This document shows positions 1 to 8,062 of a DNA stretch of 32,000 bases, in pieces. Location: positions 30,001-62,000 of the forward strand of contig JBBIMK010000006.1 of the NCBI GenBank assembly GCA_037444445.1, given 5' to 3'. Each line of letters opens with the position of its first letter. The first letter of the stretch is position 1. Under the pieces are notes generated by a model. That model did no database searches and was not told where the DNA came from. It saw only the letters and a list, made by a program, of their open reading frames with translations. Made by a program: the position numbers and the translations under genes. The stretch comes from a bacterium. GTDB taxonomy: Bacteria > UBP7 > UBA6624 > JBBIMK01.

Positions 1-34
1 TTGATTTTCTTCTGGCGTCGCCGGTAGATAGCCC

Positions 35-63
35 TTGCACTTTTCGCATCGGTGCGATAAAAT
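35..63 (+). promoter_or_regulatory. sigma70-like promoter TTGCAC-17 nt-TAAAAT, with a 5-4-5 inverted repeat TCGCA-tcgg-TGCGA (44-57) in the spacer
   Basis: TTGCAC lies at 35-40 and TAAAAT at 58-63, with an exact 17-nt spacer. The inverted repeat sits wholly inside the spacer, a typical place for an autoregulatory operator. The first ATG of the downstream ArsR-family gene is at 74, only 10 nt past the -10 hexamer. Confidence 0.45.
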
Positions 64-73
64 AGTTGTATGG

Positions 74-472
74 ATGCGCAATTATAAAAATATCCAGCCG
101 GAAAAAATTTTTCAGGCGCTGGCTGACTCCACTCGTCTCCGCCTGCTGATGCTACTCCTGCATCACGAGAAAGAACTCTGTTGCTGTGAACTCTCGGATT
201 CCCTCCACATCCCGGAATATGCCGTTTCTCGCCACATCAAAATCCTGCAATACAGCGGTCTGGTGGAAGCGCGAAAAGAAGGACGCTGGGTATATTACCG
301 TCTTTCCCCCCGTCCCGGGAAATTCATTCAAAAAACTCTCCAGAATCTCTTGCTGTTAAAAGATTTATGGAAAGAAGACCGAAAATCCCTGCGAAAACGG
401 CTGAAACTTCGGCAAAATGGGAAATGCGTGCTGGGACCCGCCCACCTCTCTTTACGGAGCAAAGAAAAATGA
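74..472 (+). CDS. ArsR/SmtB-family metal-responsive transcriptional repressor
   Basis: This is ORF-track frame 35..472. It has a winged HTH: LADSTRLRLLMLLL ... ELCCCELSDSL ... VSRHIKILQYSGLVEARKEGRWVYYRL. The ELCxC-type alpha3 metal site reads ELCCCEL here. I moved the start to ATG 74 because TTG 35 is the -35 hexamer of the promoter. The stop overlaps the ATPase start (ATGA at 469-472). Confidence 0.85.
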   Translation: MRNYKNIQPEKIFQALADSTRLRLLMLLLHHEKELCCCELSDSLHIPEYAVSRHIKILQYSGLVEARKEGRWVYYRLSPRPGKFIQKTLQNLLLLKDLWKEDRKSLRKRLKLRQNGKCVLGPAHLSLRSKEK

Positions 473-2592
473 ACCCTCAGAAAACACTAACCCGATGGGT
501 TTTTGAAGTTGAAGGAATGTGCTGCCCGGATGAAGTGTCCGTGCTTTATAAAAAACTGAAAGGGGTATCCGGCATTCTGAACTTTCATGCCGACCTTATT
601 ACCCACAGGCTATTTCTGGAAGTTCAATCGGATAAGGTCTATCCTTTGGACATTGTGCGAGTTATCGGCGAGACGGGAATGAAAGTCAGGCAAATAACGC
701 GCACCCCTGAAAAGAAACAACCGCGTGCCTGGTTCCAAAATCTCAGGCTATACTTTTTATTTCTATCTGGTGCTTTTATCGGGCTGGCATACGGCTTTCA
801 TTTCCTTCTCCCCAACCCCTTCGCAGAAAAAATCCTATGGGGAGCAGGCATTCTAACTGGCGGGTATTATCCGGCGAAGATGGGGCTGGCAGCCCTTAGA
901 ACCTTAACCCTGAACATTCGCACCTTGATGGTAGCCGGCGCGGCTGGCGCCATTGCCCTGAATCTCTGGGAAGAAGCCGCCCTCCTCGTGTTCATTTACT
1001 CTCTCGGAGATGTGCTGGAAATTTATGCGATGGAAAAGGCACGCGCCTCTTTACGGTATCTGATGAACCTGATGCCCGGCGTAGCCTTAACCCGCCGGGA
1101 TGGAAGAGAGGAAATCCTGCCCGTAGAATCCCTCGTTCCCGGCCACATTCTACTGATTCGGCCGGGGGAACGAATACCCATGGATGGCGTGGTGGTGAGC
1201 GGTTCATCTTTTGTGGATGAATCCACCATCACCGGGGAGCCTGTGCCCCGCTTCAAGCAAGAAGGGGATGAAGTCTTTGCGGGCACACTCAATCAACGGG
1301 GAGGGCTGGAAATCCGGGTCACCAAGCCCGCACAGAACACAACCCTCGCCCGAATCATCCACTCCATAGAAGAAGCCCAGGCAAAAAAATCTTCTTATCA
1401 GAGATTCGGGGAAGTGTTCGGAAAGTATTACACCCCGCTGATGTTTTTACTGGCTATCTTTTTGATGTTCTTTCCACCTCTATCTCTCCATGGAGATTGG
1501 AAATACTGGTTCTATCGGGGCCTGGTGTTGCTGGTGGTATCCTGCTCCTGCGGGTTAGCTCTTTCTGTGCCCATTAGTGTTGTAGCCGCCATCAGTCATG
1601 GAGCCAGGAAAGGCATTCTAATCAAAGGAGGAAAATATCTGGAACTGGCTGCGGGGTTGCAAGCCGTCGCGCTGGATAAAACCGGCACCCTGACGGTTGG
1701 GCTCCCTACCCTTTCAGATATACAGCCCGTCACGACCACTTATACACCGAAGGACCTTCTACGCCTCGCCGCTTCAATTGAATTCTACTCCGAGCATCCC
1801 TTCGGAGAAGCCATTGTGAGAAAAGCAAAAGAAGATGAAATCTCGCCGGATTCAGCGACCCATTTTCAGGCATATACCGGGGAAGGTGCCTCCGCGGTTC
1901 TGAACGGCACCACCTATTTTATCGGAAGCCACCGGATGTTCCACAGGTTACAAATTCCAGATGCAGAGGCTGAACCCATTGTTGCCCGACTGGAAGAGCA
2001 AGGAAAAAGCGTCATTTTCCTTGGAACACAAAAGGGCGTGCTGGGAGTATTCGGGCTGACCGACCCCATCAAGCCGGAGGCTCCTTCTGCCATTCAGGAA
2101 TTGAAACAGCAGGGACTCCATCACATCTTTCTCTTAACTGGAGACAACGAGAGAACAGCGAGAAAAATCGCACAGGAGTCGGGAATACCCCATCACCGGG
2201 CAAACCTCCTGCCCGAAGATAAAGTGAAAGAGGTGGAGCGACTGAAACAGCAGTATGGACGGGTGGCGATGGTGGGCGATGGCGTGAATGACGCCCCTGC
2301 CATGGCTTCCGCTGATGTGGGCATTGCTATGGGCGCCGCAGGAACCGATGTCGCCATTGAAACCGGCGACATCGTCCTGATGATGGACAACCTGAAAAGA
2401 TTGCCTGAAGTCCTCACCCTCAGCCGAAGGACGATGGCAAACATCCGCCAGAATATCTTCGCTTCTTTAGCCATCGTGCTGTTTTTAATTCCAGCCGCAC
2501 TCTCTGGATGGGTCAACCTTCTCTCCGGGCTCCTCCTGAATGAAGTGGGAGCCTTGCTCGTTATCCTGAACGCCCTTCGTCTCTTGCTCTAA
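469..2592 (+). CDS. heavy-metal translocating P1B-type ATPase with an N-terminal HMA domain (Zn/Cd/Pb-like; substrate not assignable)
   Basis: The HMA site is EVEGMCCPDEV and the actuator motif is ITGEPVP. The phosphorylation site is ALDKTGTLT, the HP motif is SEHPFGEAI, and the hinge is TGDN and MVGDGVNDAPAMA. The membrane metal-site helix is VVSCSCGLALSVP. I set the start at ATG 469, with GGAG 9 nt upstream. The ORF-track extension 367-468 lies inside the arsR-family gene. Confidence 0.9.
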   Translation: MNPQKTLTRWVFEVEGMCCPDEVSVLYKKLKGVSGILNFHADLITHRLFLEVQSDKVYPLDIVRVIGETGMKVRQITRTPEKKQPRAWFQNLRLYFLFLSGAFIGLAYGFHFLLPNPFAEKILWGAGILTGGYYPAKMGLAALRTLTLNIRTLMVAGAAGAIALNLWEEAALLVFIYSLGDVLEIYAMEKARASLRYLMNLMPGVALTRRDGREEILPVESLVPGHILLIRPGERIPMDGVVVSGSSFVDESTITGEPVPRFKQEGDEVFAGTLNQRGGLEIRVTKPAQNTTLARIIHSIEEAQAKKSSYQRFGEVFGKYYTPLMFLLAIFLMFFPPLSLHGDWKYWFYRGLVLLVVSCSCGLALSVPISVVAAISHGARKGILIKGGKYLELAAGLQAVALDKTGTLTVGLPTLSDIQPVTTTYTPKDLLRLAASIEFYSEHPFGEAIVRKAKEDEISPDSATHFQAYTGEGASAVLNGTTYFIGSHRMFHRLQIPDAEAEPIVARLEEQGKSVIFLGTQKGVLGVFGLTDPIKPEAPSAIQELKQQGLHHIFLLTGDNERTARKIAQESGIPHHRANLLPEDKVKEVERLKQQYGRVAMVGDGVNDAPAMASADVGIAMGAAGTDVAIETGDIVLMMDNLKRLPEVLTLSRRTMANIRQNIFASLAIVLFLIPAALSGWVNLLSGLLLNEVGALLVILNALRLLL

Positions 2593-2627
2593 TTCTCGCC
2601 CCTTCCTCTGGATAAGATTTTACCGCC

Positions 2628-2665
2628 TTCTTTCCACCTCCCCCTTTCGGCTGGAAAGAGTTTGT
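2628..2665 (+). terminator. possible intrinsic terminator after the ATPase gene
   Basis: A stem pairs ttCTTTCCA (2628-2636) with TGGAAAGag (2652-2660). That is 7 Watson-Crick pairs, extendable to 9 with one G-U. The loop is 15 nt and TTTGT follows. The loop is long and the U-tract short, so this is only moderate. Confidence 0.35.
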
Positions 2666-2681
2666 AACCTCGCTTACTGAA

Positions 2682-2711
2682 ATGACAAATGTCATGGGTA
2701 TAGTGTATAAT
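2682..2711 (+). promoter_or_regulatory. promoter ATGACA-18 nt-TATAAT, with a 6-2-6 inverted repeat ATGACA-aa-TGTCAT (2682-2695) over the -35
   Basis: TATAAT is at 2706-2711 and the -35-like ATGACA at 2682-2687. The inverted-repeat arms are perfectly complementary. GGAGG (2721-2725) precedes ATG 2734 by 8 nt. Confidence 0.45.
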
Positions 2712-2733
2712 AGGGTTTATGGAGGCGAGAGTT

Positions 2734-3114
2734 ATGAATAAAAATTTTGTCTGGGTTCTTGGGGGAGGGGTTCTGCTGGTGGTGGGAGTGGCTCTTTACG
2801 CGATGCGGAGTAACCAGCCCACCGTCACCCCAGAAGAATCTCCGGCCACGGTCGCTTCGGAAACTCCAGCATCCTCATCACCGGCTACGCTTAAAGAGGT
2901 ATCCTTTGATGTGGAGGGAATGACCTGCGAGTCCTGCAAAATATCGGTAGAGCAGGCGCTCCTGAAGGTTCCAGGCGTTCAATCCGCTCTGGCAGATGTG
3001 AAACTTCATAAGGCCACGGTCCAGTACGACCCGGGAACGGTCACAGACCCGGAAGTCCTGAAGTCCGAGTGCAGGAAAGCCATTGAAAGGGTGGGATACC
3101 GGGTAAGAGCGTAA
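2734..3114 (+). CDS. signal-anchored heavy-metal-associated (HMA, MerP/CopZ-like) metal-binding protein
   Basis: The N-terminus is hydrophobic: NFVWVLGGGVLLVVGVALYA. A Pro/Ser/Thr-rich linker follows (PTVTPEESPATVASETPASSSPA). Then comes an HMA fold with the canonical EGMTCESCKISVEQAL. I chose ATG 2734 over 2719 because of the GGAGG spacing. Confidence 0.8.
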   Translation: MNKNFVWVLGGGVLLVVGVALYAMRSNQPTVTPEESPATVASETPASSSPATLKEVSFDVEGMTCESCKISVEQALLKVPGVQSALADVKLHKATVQYDPGTVTDPEVLKSECRKAIERVGYRVRA

Positions 3115-3125
3115 CCCGACTTCCA

Positions 3126-4154
3126 TCACGGAGTATATTCAGCGGGAGAGGGGCGCGAGGAGAACGGAAATCCCTCCCGCTGAATTTCTTTCTGGGAAAG
3201 TGGAATGGAGCGAAGTTCTTCCGCTTTTTCCTCCGGAATGGTATCGTTAATAAACGACCCTGCGCCCGTTTCCACGGAGGCTCTAAATTTTAATTTGTCC
3301 CGTCCCCGGTAGGGTGGATAAAACTCTATGTGAAAATGATAATATTCTGAAAGGTTTGGAAGCCGTCGGTTCACCGGTCCCTGATGTAAAACCATCATAT
3401 ACGGAAAGGAAAATCCGAAGAGGTTATCATATTTCAGCGTGACGGTTTTCAAAAGGAGGCTCAATCCTTCTCGCTCTTTTTTCCCCATTTGCGTGACCGA
3501 TGAAAAATGCCGACGGGGGTGAATGTGAACTTCATACGGCCACCGGGCTGAATAGGGAATGAAAGCCACGAAATCCGAAGTGCTCTGTATGACCCGCTTC
3601 CTTTCCTTTATCTCTGCCTCCCTCACATCACAGAAAAGGCATCGGTGATGTTTATGGAAGTATCGTCGCCCCTGCTGGAGTTCCTTCTGAATCACCGGTG
3701 GAATGTGCGGAAAGGCATAAATCTGCCCGTGAGGATGATGAAGGGTCACACCAATGGTAGCCCCCTTGTTCTCAAATATCAGAATGAACCGAATCTTCGG
3801 GTCTCTCTGAAGTTGGACACTCCTCTTCTGCCATAAACGAATGATTTTGCCTATCTGGTTCAGGGATAGCATGGAAAAAGTTAAATCGTGCCGGGAAGTG
3901 TAAAGAATCACATCACAGTAACCATAAGAGGGACGCGATAAAAAAAGGGGATTCTGTGATTTCTCCACTCCCTTCGCCGAAGTAGAGAGGGAAGGAAAAT
4001 CGTTGGGATAGATGAGCACTTCGTAGTCTTTCGGGATACCCGGGCTACCAGGGCAAAAGGGGCATTTTGCAGACGGAAGCAGGGGACGCTCCTGCCGCTC
4101 CGATGCCACTATCACCCACTCCCCTGTCAGCACATTATAGCGCAGTTCATTCAT
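3126..4154 (-). CDS. galT: galactose-1-phosphate uridylyltransferase (HIT superfamily)
   Basis: It has the N-terminal zinc motif CPFCPGSP and the active-site motif LHHPHGQIYAF (His-Pro-His-Gly-Gln). The 342-aa length is typical of class I GalT. Confidence 0.8.
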   Translation of the reverse strand: MNELRYNVLTGEWVIVASERQERPLLPSAKCPFCPGSPGIPKDYEVLIYPNDFPSLSTSAKGVEKSQNPLFLSRPSYGYCDVILYTSRHDLTFSMLSLNQIGKIIRLWQKRSVQLQRDPKIRFILIFENKGATIGVTLHHPHGQIYAFPHIPPVIQKELQQGRRYFHKHHRCLFCDVREAEIKERKRVIQSTSDFVAFIPYSARWPYEVHIHPRRHFSSVTQMGKKEREGLSLLLKTVTLKYDNLFGFSFPYMMVLHQGPVNRRLPNLSEYYHFHIEFYPPYRGRDKLKFRASVETGAGSFINDTIPEEKAEELRSIPLSQKEIQREGFPFSSRPSPAEYTP

Positions 4155-4264
4155 CCCTTTCCACCCTCATCACACATCCACCCATCATAGTATACCCTTT
4201 TGCGGTATGACCCACCGGGTCAGGGGCCTGTAAAAACCGTTATAATAAAGAAAGAGAGCGGAAG

Positions 4265-5314
4265 ATGTCTGTGAGAGTTTTGCTGGTTACCGGCTCTATG
4301 CCGCCCGCATACTGCGGGGTGGGAAGATATACCGTCAGGCTATCAGAGGCGATTCGGAAGAAGGGTGTGGAAGTTAGAACCTCTGCCATGGAGGGGAAAG
4401 CGGACTTTCTCTTTCACTCCCACGCCGAATTTTCCTCCATTCTTCACTCCTTCACTCCGAACATCCTCCATCTCCAGTATCCAGGCATCGGATTCAGGCA
4501 CTCGCTTCTTCCCCTGCGTCTTGTATCTTCTCTTCATCCTGCGATGGTTACTCTTCACGAATTTTCCATTTCCCATCCTCTACGGAAACTGTTTAGCCTC
4601 GCCCTGACGCGGAGAGCGCAGGGGGTGATTGTTCCGGCAGAAGCGGAGTTTCAAGCCCTCCGGCCGTTCTGTCAGGCTCGCCAGCCCATTTATGTGGTAT
4701 ATCCTGGCCCCTCTTTTGAGCCGTCGGCAACGATGCGGGAAACCGAACCACAGTTTTCCTCCCCTCTGTTCTTGTTCTTTGGATTTTTGAACAGGAGCAA
4801 AAATATACCCTTACTCATTCAGGTTTTGCACCGTTATCAAAAAGCCGGTTTCCCGAACCCCTTTCTTCTGTTCACCGCCACTTCCAGGGAGCACCCCGAT
4901 GCACAAAAATTCTTACACTGGCTAAAAAAAGAAAAACTTTATGAACTGGATTCAGAAAAAATGAAGGTGCACTTTCAATCCGATGAGAATGAACTTTCCC
5001 GACTGTTCTGGAATGGAGCGGTGGCGCTTTTACCTTTCGTGGATGGAGTCAGCCCCCGCAGAACCTCCCTCCTCACGCTGTTAGCCCATGGAGTCGTGGT
5101 GCTTTCCACTCCTCCTGCCCCTCCCCCGTTCATTCACGGCGAAGGAATTTTTCTCCACACCCGTGCAGAAGAATTCATAGAAACGATGAAAAGATTATTG
5201 AACCGTGAAGAGTTCTTCAAACAGCGTCAAAAAGCCCTCCGTTTAAGCCAGGCATTTTCCTGGGACTCCATCGGAAATGCCCACCTCGCTTTGTATCATC
5301 GCTTGCTTTCATAA
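4265..5314 (+). CDS. GT-B fold glycosyltransferase (family 4/1-like)
   Basis: The N-terminus is VLLVTGSMPPAYCGVGRYT. The C-terminal donor-binding-like segment is LLPFVDGVSPRRTSLLTLLAHGVVVLSTP. Length is 349 aa. TATAAT at 4241-4246 and a purine-rich ribosome-binding site lie upstream. I did not see the textbook EX7E motif clearly. Confidence 0.6.
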   Translation: MSVRVLLVTGSMPPAYCGVGRYTVRLSEAIRKKGVEVRTSAMEGKADFLFHSHAEFSSILHSFTPNILHLQYPGIGFRHSLLPLRLVSSLHPAMVTLHEFSISHPLRKLFSLALTRRAQGVIVPAEAEFQALRPFCQARQPIYVVYPGPSFEPSATMRETEPQFSSPLFLFFGFLNRSKNIPLLIQVLHRYQKAGFPNPFLLFTATSREHPDAQKFLHWLKKEKLYELDSEKMKVHFQSDENELSRLFWNGAVALLPFVDGVSPRRTSLLTLLAHGVVVLSTPPAPPPFIHGEGIFLHTRAEEFIETMKRLLNREEFFKQRQKALRLSQAFSWDSIGNAHLALYHRLLS

Positions 5315-5417
5315 TCCACCATCCGGCATGCGGGCAGATACAAAAAACGGGAGGGTGAACAGCCCCCCACTGCACAAAACCACGATTCATGGAAAGCCCA
5401 ATGAAGGAGTAAAAAGG

Positions 5418-7481
5418 TTAGCGGGACCAGCGGGACCAGGTTTTGAACCGCTGGATGCGGACTTCCAGAGCCTGAATCTCCGGGTGAAGGGAAAGAGCAT
5501 CCCTGAAGCGGCCCACAGCCGTGAGATAATCCTTTCGTTCTTTCAAAAGTTCCAGGCGGTCTGTGTCATTCAGGGTCGTTTTCAACAGCCTCTGACGAAT
5601 GCTATCCGCCTCGCTGGCTTTTCCTTCCCCTTTAGCCATACTCAAAAGTTGAAACAGTGCCCGCTGACTCCAGAATAAATCCGAGTATTCGCGTGCGATT
5701 TTTTCATAAATGGATTTCGCTGTACTTCTCCGCCCCGCCCTCTCCTCTTGCCTCGCCATAAGATACATATTTTCTGCCTGTATTACCCGCTGGATATGGG
5801 GTGAGAATCCAGGCGTGAAGGTGGACTCTTTGCCAAGCACTAAAAGAAGAAGTGAATCGGGTTTCATAGAAAGGTTCACGGAAAGATGACCGTTTTTAAT
5901 GGGTACTTTGGCAGAACCCCTCAGCGGTTTTAACCGTGCCGATTCCTGAAGTTCCTGAATTTGCCCGGCGTTGGGGTTCTTCGGGCTTCCCATCTTTTCC
6001 CACGCCGCTGACACATTTCCATGTTCCTCATCCATCCGGTATTCAGTGAGAGTAATTTGATGCAAATCTGCCGGGAGTTCTACATCTATGGAAAGGGAAA
6101 TCTCTCCTGCTCCACCCGTGCGATACAGGAGAATCTGGGCATCGGTGGAGGAGGAACGAGTAGCCAATCCTCCTGTGCCTTCACCCGTCACCTCCAGGGC
6201 AACTTGCTCACTCCCCATTTTGCTCAAAAGGAGGTAGGCATTGAGGATAGGGAAGGGTGCAATGGAATCATCAAGTGCTACGGAGAGGGCGCGCCAGCCT
6301 CCTCCACGGGAGAGAATGAAAACCGGTTGCCCCCATCGCAAGAACAAATCCACACGCGCCTCGGGATGGCTCAAAATTTCCTCCACCATCTGAACCAGGA
6401 AAACTGCCTCGTAGACTCCGAAAGTTTTCTGCCTCTCTATCTCAGGACGACGATTCAGCGGCTGACCCCATTCATTCTGCTGGGTCTCCAGATGTGCCAG
6501 AGACGGAAACTCTTTCCGAATGATGTCCAGAAACTGCTGATTTGCCGACAGGTGGCTTTTTATCTCTCCATAGTGATGCCAGGAAATGAAATCAATCGGT
6601 GAACCCGTTTTCCCGGTTACATAATTCCTCTCTCCCGTAACATGCTGGAGAAAAGCGCGGAAAAAATTTTGATTGCCCGCTATGCCGGGTCCCCCGACTT
6701 TCACCCGGGCGTCGGCAGATTTCGCACCGTCAGCAAAATAATCATACATTTGATGAAAGCGGGCAAGCCTCTCAGCGGTAACGGGCTCATTCCATCGCAC
6801 TCCATCTATGAAATAAGTTTTCAAATCCGGCTCATTCCAGATTTCAAAATACCACTGGCGAACTTCTTCTATGCCGTATCGCTGTATTAGATGCTTCACC
6901 GTAAAGTAAATTAAATCTCGCCATTTCCTGTAATCTCTGGGCGTATTCACCGCTCCGCCACAGTAATTTCGGACCACCTCACCCTCGGACAGGTCATCGG
7001 GCATGAAATCCGCTTCTAATATAGGTTTCAAGCCTGCTGAAAGCAAAATATCCAGAACCTCATCCAGATGCCAGAAATTGTAATGCGGCTTCCCCTGGCT
7101 GTCTTCCGTGTAAATTCGGTTCCCGCAGTACACCGGTTTCTCCGTCCGGAGGCTCCACTGGGTAAAGCCATCGCTGAAAAGATTGTGCATCCGTATATAT
7201 CGGAAGGCGCCGGTTTCGCGGAGTAATTTCCAGAATGGGAGTGCTTCATCAGCCACAGTAACAGCGAACATCGGGTCGTAACCGATATTCGCCCACGATT
7301 TCGGGTCTACTCTGCCCACCACCTGACTCGTTCTTACCCGCACCACAGCGGTAGTATCTTTCCCCTGCGGATTCTGAATGAAGGAAAATTCAGCCCCCGC
7401 TGTTAAAAGCCAGAATGCAAACAGCAGACAAAAACCGACCCCTTTCACCCCTGACTTTCTTATACCCGAGAAATCTCTCAT
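5418..7481 (-). CDS. secreted clan GH-A glycoside hydrolase (GH39-like) with a C-terminal helical/TPR-like extension
   Basis: The signal peptide is GVGFCLLFAFWLLTAGA. The acid/base motif WYFEIWNEPD is typical of GH39-type enzymes. The last ~130 aa are helical and repeat-like. ATG 7481 is preferred over GTG 7490 because AGGAAGGGG lies about 9 nt upstream of 7481. Confidence 0.65.
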   Translation of the reverse strand: MRDFSGIRKSGVKGVGFCLLFAFWLLTAGAEFSFIQNPQGKDTTAVVRVRTSQVVGRVDPKSWANIGYDPMFAVTVADEALPFWKLLRETGAFRYIRMHNLFSDGFTQWSLRTEKPVYCGNRIYTEDSQGKPHYNFWHLDEVLDILLSAGLKPILEADFMPDDLSEGEVVRNYCGGAVNTPRDYRKWRDLIYFTVKHLIQRYGIEEVRQWYFEIWNEPDLKTYFIDGVRWNEPVTAERLARFHQMYDYFADGAKSADARVKVGGPGIAGNQNFFRAFLQHVTGERNYVTGKTGSPIDFISWHHYGEIKSHLSANQQFLDIIRKEFPSLAHLETQQNEWGQPLNRRPEIERQKTFGVYEAVFLVQMVEEILSHPEARVDLFLRWGQPVFILSRGGGWRALSVALDDSIAPFPILNAYLLLSKMGSEQVALEVTGEGTGGLATRSSSTDAQILLYRTGGAGEISLSIDVELPADLHQITLTEYRMDEEHGNVSAAWEKMGSPKNPNAGQIQELQESARLKPLRGSAKVPIKNGHLSVNLSMKPDSLLLLVLGKESTFTPGFSPHIQRVIQAENMYLMARQEERAGRRSTAKSIYEKIAREYSDLFWSQRALFQLLSMAKGEGKASEADSIRQRLLKTTLNDTDRLELLKERKDYLTAVGRFRDALSLHPEIQALEVRIQRFKTWSRWSR

Positions 7482-7594
7482 TCTTTTCACCCCCTTCCTT
7501 TAACATCTTATTTCTTCTAAAGTTTCCTGAAAAGGGAAAGGTGAAGGAGCACACCTCGCAGGAGAAAGCGGGATGGCGATTTTTCACCCCCACT

Positions 7595-7608
7595 TGCAAA
7601 ATTTTGCA
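7595..7608. promoter_or_regulatory. perfect 14-bp palindrome TGCAAAATTTTGCA, a candidate operator upstream of the GH39-like gene
   Basis: The palindrome is exact and sits 114 nt upstream of ATG 7481. A second perfect 10-bp palindrome, AGAAATTTCT, is at 7647-7656. The half-sites TGCAAA/TTTGCA resemble LacI/GalR-type sugar operators, but the usual central CG is AT here. Confidence 0.3.
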
Positions 7609-8062
7609 GAACATGGTAGGGGGATGATTTCAGATGGTGGTCCTGCAGAAATTTCTCGCCTCCCCCTCCCTCTGTGCAACTATGGGGGCGGGATACATCC
7701 ACAAATATCTGGAAAATCAGCCATGAATATGACTGTGAATCTCGGGTGAAGAGAACCGACTTCCATCTATGAAAGGTTTAATTTTGCAATTCAAAATAAA
7801 GCGGATGGCGCGGGTGGGCGCACCTTTTCATCACCGATGCATGAGAAACTTTATCTGGCGGCTTCCTATGTGATTCTTAAATAGATGTAAAAAGGGGAAG
7901 GGTTACAGATATTTACTGGACAGCCCCTTCAGGCATTGCTACATCAGGCAGGGTCATTTCCGAAAATGAGTATGACTTTTATACCGGTTTAAATTTGTCT
8001 CCTATTTCTGTAATTTACACTTTTCAGTTGCCTTAAAATAGCCCACATCCCACCTTTTTCCA

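Noticed and set aside
367-468. The ORF-track N-terminal extension of the ATPase (MERRPKIPAKTAETS...).
   Set aside because: It lies entirely within the arsR-family coding region in another frame. ATG 469 has a GGAG site upstream and gives an N-terminus that leads directly into the HMA domain.
5277-5678. A 133-aa plus-strand ORF spanning the GT4 / GH39-like convergent junction.
   Set aside because: It overlaps the 3' ends of both well-supported genes and has no motif support.
6021-6602. A 193-aa plus-strand ORF inside the GH39-like gene. The 82-aa ORF at 6642-6890 is a similar case.
   Set aside because: Both lie antisense to a gene with a signal peptide and the WYFEIWNEPD catalytic motif, and neither has features of its own.
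7415-7702. Small ORFs (70, 74 and 61 aa) in the long spacer upstream of the GH39-like gene. The 73-aa ORF at 8002-8223 is a similar case.
   Set aside because: They have no ribosome-binding sites, they overlap one another on both strands, and their composition is low in complexity. I treated the region as non-coding or regulatory.
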